From a virus (Duplodnaviria > Caudoviricetes), in IMG/VR virus record IMGVR_UViG_3300046779_001253, positions 1-38,756 of that record: a stretch of DNA of 38,756 nt; one strand, 5' to 3'. The translations under genes were made by a program, and so were the position numbers. Below are positions 35,746 through 38,756 of the stretch, piece after piece; position 1 is the stretch's first letter; each line of letters begins with the position of its first letter. The notes beneath the pieces are model-generated. The model did not search any database, was not told where the DNA came from, and saw only the letters and a program-made list of their open reading frames with translations.

Positions 35746-36946
35746 TCGCAGATTGTAGGCAGATTTCCAGCCAATTGTTCCACTTGGCCATGGCGTCGCG
35801 TTTCTGCGCCATGTAGTCGGCGCGGTCGTAATGCCGGCTGCCGGTGTCACCCATGGCGTGCTGCTGGATCAGGTCGCGAGTGTAGCGGTCGACGCCGGCG
35901 TCATGCGTGCGCGATTTCCATGTGCGGCGCAGGTCACGCGGCTGGAAATATTCGGCGCCCACCGTCTGGCGCCACCGAGCCAATGCCCTGCAAATGCCCA
36001 TGTCCGAAATTGGCATCAACAAACCAGTGGGCCGCACCTGCAGCAGCTGGCGCAACGTTGGCAGTGCCAGATCAGGCAGCGGCACCACATGCGGCAGTCG
36101 GCCGACCTTGGTTTTTTCTGCCGGCATGGTCCACGTCGCGGTGTCGAGGTCGATTTCGCTGGCGTCCATGCGCAACGTTTCGCGCACGCGCTGGCCACAG
36201 CAGATCAATAGCCGGATGGCCGCAGCCGTTTCGAGCGCAAAGCCTGCGCCAAACGTGGCGTGCCACAGATGCGCGATTTCCTGCGACGATAGCGCACGGT
36301 CGCGTGCCTTGGCCGCACCGGTGTCTTTGGGCACCGCGGTCACTGGGTTGATCTTGATGCCCCAGTCCTGGCGACGGTCTGACCTGTAGTCGTGCGCGGC
36401 CTTCATGCCGTAATTGAACGCGGCCGACATGTAGGACCGGAACCGGTCTGCGTACACCGCGGCGCCACGCCCGTAGACGCTGGCCAGAAACGCGGCAACA
36501 TCGGACGCATCGACGTCACCAGCTGGTCGGTTCGGCCCCAGGAATTCGGACACCTGTTTCAAGCTGTGGCGCACTTGGGCCGCGCTGGATTTGCCGTCGG
36601 CCACCATTTGGTCGACATAGGCATCGAACAGCCGCTGCACCGTCGGCCGTTCGGTCACCGAGACAACGACACGCGGGCTTTTGCCAGACGCCAGCACGGC
36701 GCGGATCTGCGAGGCATAGCAGTCGCGGGCTTCACGCAGCGACATGTCGGGGTAACGGCCCAGCGCCTTTTTGTGGCGCTTGCCGTCGGTTTTCCATTGC
36801 CCGAACCAGCTGGCGGTCACGCCGGATCCGGTGGCGCGGATGACCAGCATTAGCGTGCCGGTCCCACGGCCGGCAGCACCGTCGCGCAGTATTGTTTCGC
36901 TGGTGCAGGCTTTCATGGCTGAATTGATTTGGCGGTCGTTGATCAT
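35738..36946 (-). CDS. int: Tyrosine integrase with arm-binding domain (P4-like)
   Basis: ALGRYPDMSLREAR arm-binding motif; catalytic CGQR, K, RDLRR, H, HY; adjacent to the tRNA-derived att core. Confidence 0.95.
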   Translation of the reverse strand: MINDRQINSAMKACTSETILRDGAAGRGTGTLMLVIRATGSGVTASWFGQWKTDGKRHKKALGRYPDMSLREARDCYASQIRAVLASGKSPRVVVSVTERPTVQRLFDAYVDQMVADGKSSAAQVRHSLKQVSEFLGPNRPAGDVDASDVAAFLASVYGRGAAVYADRFRSYMSAAFNYGMKAAHDYRSDRRQDWGIKINPVTAVPKDTGAAKARDRALSSQEIAHLWHATFGAGFALETAAAIRLLICCGQRVRETLRMDASEIDLDTATWTMPAEKTKVGRLPHVVPLPDLALPTLRQLLQVRPTGLLMPISDMGICRALARWRQTVGAEYFQPRDLRRTWKSRTHDAGVDRYTRDLIQQHAMGDTGSRHYDRADYMAQKRDAMAKWNNWLEICLQSANG

Positions 36947-36951
36947 GGTTT

Positions 36952-36971
36952 GGGTGCCCCTACGGGTGTCC
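36952..36971. repeat. Putative integrase arm-type site pair A
   Basis: GGGTGCCC-CTAC-GGGTGTCC; 12-bp period; starts 152 bp before core 1. Confidence 0.7.
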
Positions 36972-37103
36972 TTTGTCAAAAGTCACAGGCGCTTTGCGCA
37001 GCAAGGCTTTAGCGCAGAACAAAGGCAAAAAGCAACAGAAAACAGTGGTTTGGAATGGTTTATCGTGAACGGCAATGATGTGCAGTGATGTGCTATTTTG
37101 TGA

Positions 37104-37149
37104 CTTTTAATCAGTAGGTCGTGGGTTCGACCCCCACAGCGCTCACCAC
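37104..37149 (+). other. att core copy 1: 3' portion of tRNA-Lys(TTT)
   Basis: CTTTTAA anticodon loop, GGGTTCGACCCC T-arm, ACCA end; no D-arm or 5' acceptor strand upstream. Confidence 0.9.
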
Positions 37150-37209
37150 TTAAAGCACTGAAATCATTGATATATTTCTAACGATCCCCCAAAAAATTAC
37201 CTTGCGTAA

Positions 37210-37234
37210 GAGTGCCCTAACGGGTGCCCCATGG
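37210..37234. repeat. Putative arm-type site pair B
   Basis: GAGTGCCCTAACGGGTGCCCCATGG; 23 bp identical to pair C; IHF consensus AATCAAATATTTG at 37251-37263. Confidence 0.7.
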
Positions 37235-37468
37235 GCAAAACTACAAATAAAATCAAATATTTGCACGCCGTGGACTGCCACAGCCTTGAAAAGACATGGT
37301 TTTTCGGGGGATTAGACCTGCTGACGAATATTCAGAATTCAGTTCACGCAATGTCACAGGGCATCTGTTGCGTCAGCGCGACAGCTTCTGACAGATTCTG
37401 AAAAGCCAAGGAATTTGGGTGCATAATTATCCCACGCGTAATTTCACGCGGGCTAACGAAAGGGATTT

Positions 37469-37735
37469 ATGAAAACCAAACACACACCTGGGCCGTGGAC
37501 GGCAAAAGCAAATCTAGATGTGGTCGACTCCAATGGGGAGCGCGTTGCGCGACTGGCGTCTACCAGAGGCAAATACGAATACGAAGAAATCAACGCCCGC
37601 CTGATCGCCGCAGCGCCTGAACTGCTGGATGCGCTACAAGAGTTGGTAAACGGACCTGAATGCGGGGGCGACCATGGCGCGATGTACCGAAACGCCCGCG
37701 CCGCCATCGCCAAGGCGACTGGGGGTGGGGTATGA
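37469..37735 (+). CDS. Phage early-type hypothetical protein
   Basis: HTPGPW...NARLIAAAPELLDAL...ARAAIAKA pattern typical of phage early genes; RBS present. Confidence 0.8.
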   Translation: MKTKHTPGPWTAKANLDVVDSNGERVARLASTRGKYEYEEINARLIAAAPELLDALQELVNGPECGGDHGAMYRNARAAIAKATGGGV

Positions 37736-37974
37736 GCTACGACATGATTGACCGCTTCTTGCGGAATAACTTAGGCGACGATGATTATGCTGAGTATTCG
37801 GCTGCGCTAGATGAACTTTGCACCCAACCACGCCAGCCGCTGACGGATGAGCAGATTGAGCCAATTGCAATTGACGTTCTTGGTTATGGAGCGCTTCGCA
37901 AAGAGGACATGGAGTTGTTTACGCAAAGTGTCCGCGCAATCGAAGCCGCCCACGGAATTAATCCCGCGGCTTGA
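37732..37974 (+). CDS. Phage early-type hypothetical protein
   Basis: ATGA-coupled; QPLTDEQI...RAIEAAHGI pattern. Confidence 0.75.
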   Translation: MSYDMIDRFLRNNLGDDDYAEYSAALDELCTQPRQPLTDEQIEPIAIDVLGYGALRKEDMELFTQSVRAIEAAHGINPAA

Positions 37975-38185
37975 CAATCTCACGCAGCAGCATCTTGGCC
38001 AACAGGTCTGGCGGATGTCCGCCGATCTGCGTGGTCTTTTGCTGTTCGCCATTGCTGACCGTGATCATGCCGTTGTGTTTCCAATACTGGCCAACATGCA
38101 CGACGCCGTCGACTTCGATTTCTACCAGGCTAAAGGCTGTCTGTCGCATGGTTGGTAAATACCAGAACTGCAATTTTTGCGCCAT
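37958..38185 (-). CDS. Hypothetical protein
   Basis: Protein-like composition; converges on the 37732 gene; start may be the second Met (38149). Confidence 0.5.
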   Translation of the reverse strand: MAQKLQFWYLPTMRQTAFSLVEIEVDGVVHVGQYWKHNGMITVSNGEQQKTTQIGGHPPDLLAKMLLREIVKPRD

Positions 38186-38215
38186 GTAAATTACATGTAT
38201 ACAACCGTTTTTTCA

Positions 38216-38240
38216 GGGTGCCCTAACGGGTGCCCCATGG
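38216..38240. repeat. Putative arm-type site pair C
   Basis: GGGTGCCCTAACGGGTGCCCCATGG; starts 152 bp before core 2. Confidence 0.7.
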
Positions 38241-38367
38241 TTGAAGTCTCAAAGGTTTATGGCTTCAATGGGTTAGCAGTTTGGAGCCGATTTTGTCTTG
38301 GTTTTTCAATGGTCTAAAGCGTTTTCTTGGTAAAACGCGTGACAACCTGTGATGGCATCCGATCCGT

Positions 38368-38413
38368 CTTTTAATCAGTAGGTCGTGGGTTCGACCCCCA
38401 CAGCGCTCACCAC
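38368..38413 (+). other. att core copy 2: 3' portion of tRNA-Lys(TTT)
   Basis: Exact 46-bp match to 37104-37149. Confidence 0.9.
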
Positions 38414-38435
38414 CTAAACCACTGAAATCACACAT

Positions 38436-38461
38436 AAAAAAATGGCCCCGCAAGGGGGCCA
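38436..38461 (-). terminator. Terminator of the leftward early (xis) operon
   Basis: TGGCCCC/GGGGCCA stem with a 5-nt loop, followed by T7 on the minus strand. Confidence 0.7.
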
Positions 38462-38470
38462 ATTTCACGG

Positions 38471-38492
38471 GGGTGCCCTTGCGGGTGCCCCA
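38471..38492. repeat. Putative arm-type site pair D
   Basis: GGGTGCCC-TTGC-GGGTGCCCCA; starts 58 bp after the end of core 2. Confidence 0.7.
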
Positions 38493-38502
38493 GAGATCGC
38501 GT

Positions 38503-38700
38503 TCACGCTTTTACACCCAAAGTTCGGGCGTTTTCCCATTCAGTCACGGCATTCGTCGGATAAAGAACGCGGCCACCGATCTTGGTGTAGCGTGGGCCTT
38601 CGCCGGTGCTGCGCCAGTTGGCCAATGTCCGAATGGTGATGGTCTGTTTGTAGCGCGCCACCAGTTCTGATGGCGTGAGGTATTGCGTATTTCCAGGCAT
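38503..38700 (-). CDS. xis: Excisionase-like winged-HTH protein
   Basis: YLTPSEL...TLANWRSTGEGPRYTKIGGRVLY; next to att; last gene of the leftward operon on the circle. Confidence 0.8.
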   Translation of the reverse strand: MPGNTQYLTPSELVARYKQTITIRTLANWRSTGEGPRYTKIGGRVLYPTNAVTEWENARTLGVKA

Positions 38701-38756
38701 GTCATTTACCCCGTTGTCAAAAGACATTTACACCCCCATTTGTCTCGAAATTTGGA
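38630..38756. repeat. Terminal direct repeat, identical to 1-127
   Basis: Exact match. Confidence 0.95.

Larger units (their letters stand above)
37104..38413. mobile_element. Integrase-less 1264-bp mini-element bounded by duplicated att cores
   Basis: 46-bp exact direct repeats with internal arm-site pairs at both ends. Confidence 0.7.

Noticed and set aside
37101-37148. Functional tRNA-Lys gene
   Set aside because: Only the anticodon loop to CCA is present in either copy; there is no D-arm or 5' acceptor strand

Overview
The window is a complete, circularly assembled temperate siphophage genome of about 38.6 kb. Bases 1-127 are repeated exactly at 38630-38756. Gene order is: a leftward early operon (RecE/DUF3799-like exonuclease, C5 DNA methyltransferase with a nested +1-frame gene, Rap1a-like protein, Sak4-like AAA ATPase, excisionase); a rightward early/replication operon (small HTH, SF2 helicase, SSB-like protein, DUF3310, VRR-NUC, many tiny coupled ORFs, primase-helicase, and an iteron/IHF-rich ori candidate); lambda-like packaging, head and tail genes (cosQ-like site, terminase, portal, fused protease-capsid, G/GT frameshift, tape measure, M, L, K, I, J, two paralogous fibres); an extended lysis cassette with nested Rz/Rz1; a TraR/DksA gene; and a tyrosine integrase. 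The most striking feature is two attP-like sites in direct repeat, each a 46-bp tRNA-Lys 3' core with matching arm repeats, enclosing a 1264-bp integrase-less mini-element. Other highlights are ssrA-like C-terminal tags on two adjacent early proteins, two candidate structured RNAs flanking the SSB-like gene, no recognisable CI repressor, and an acidic Trp motif shared by gpJ and a portal-adjacent protein. All family assignments come from motif recognition by eye; no searches were run.
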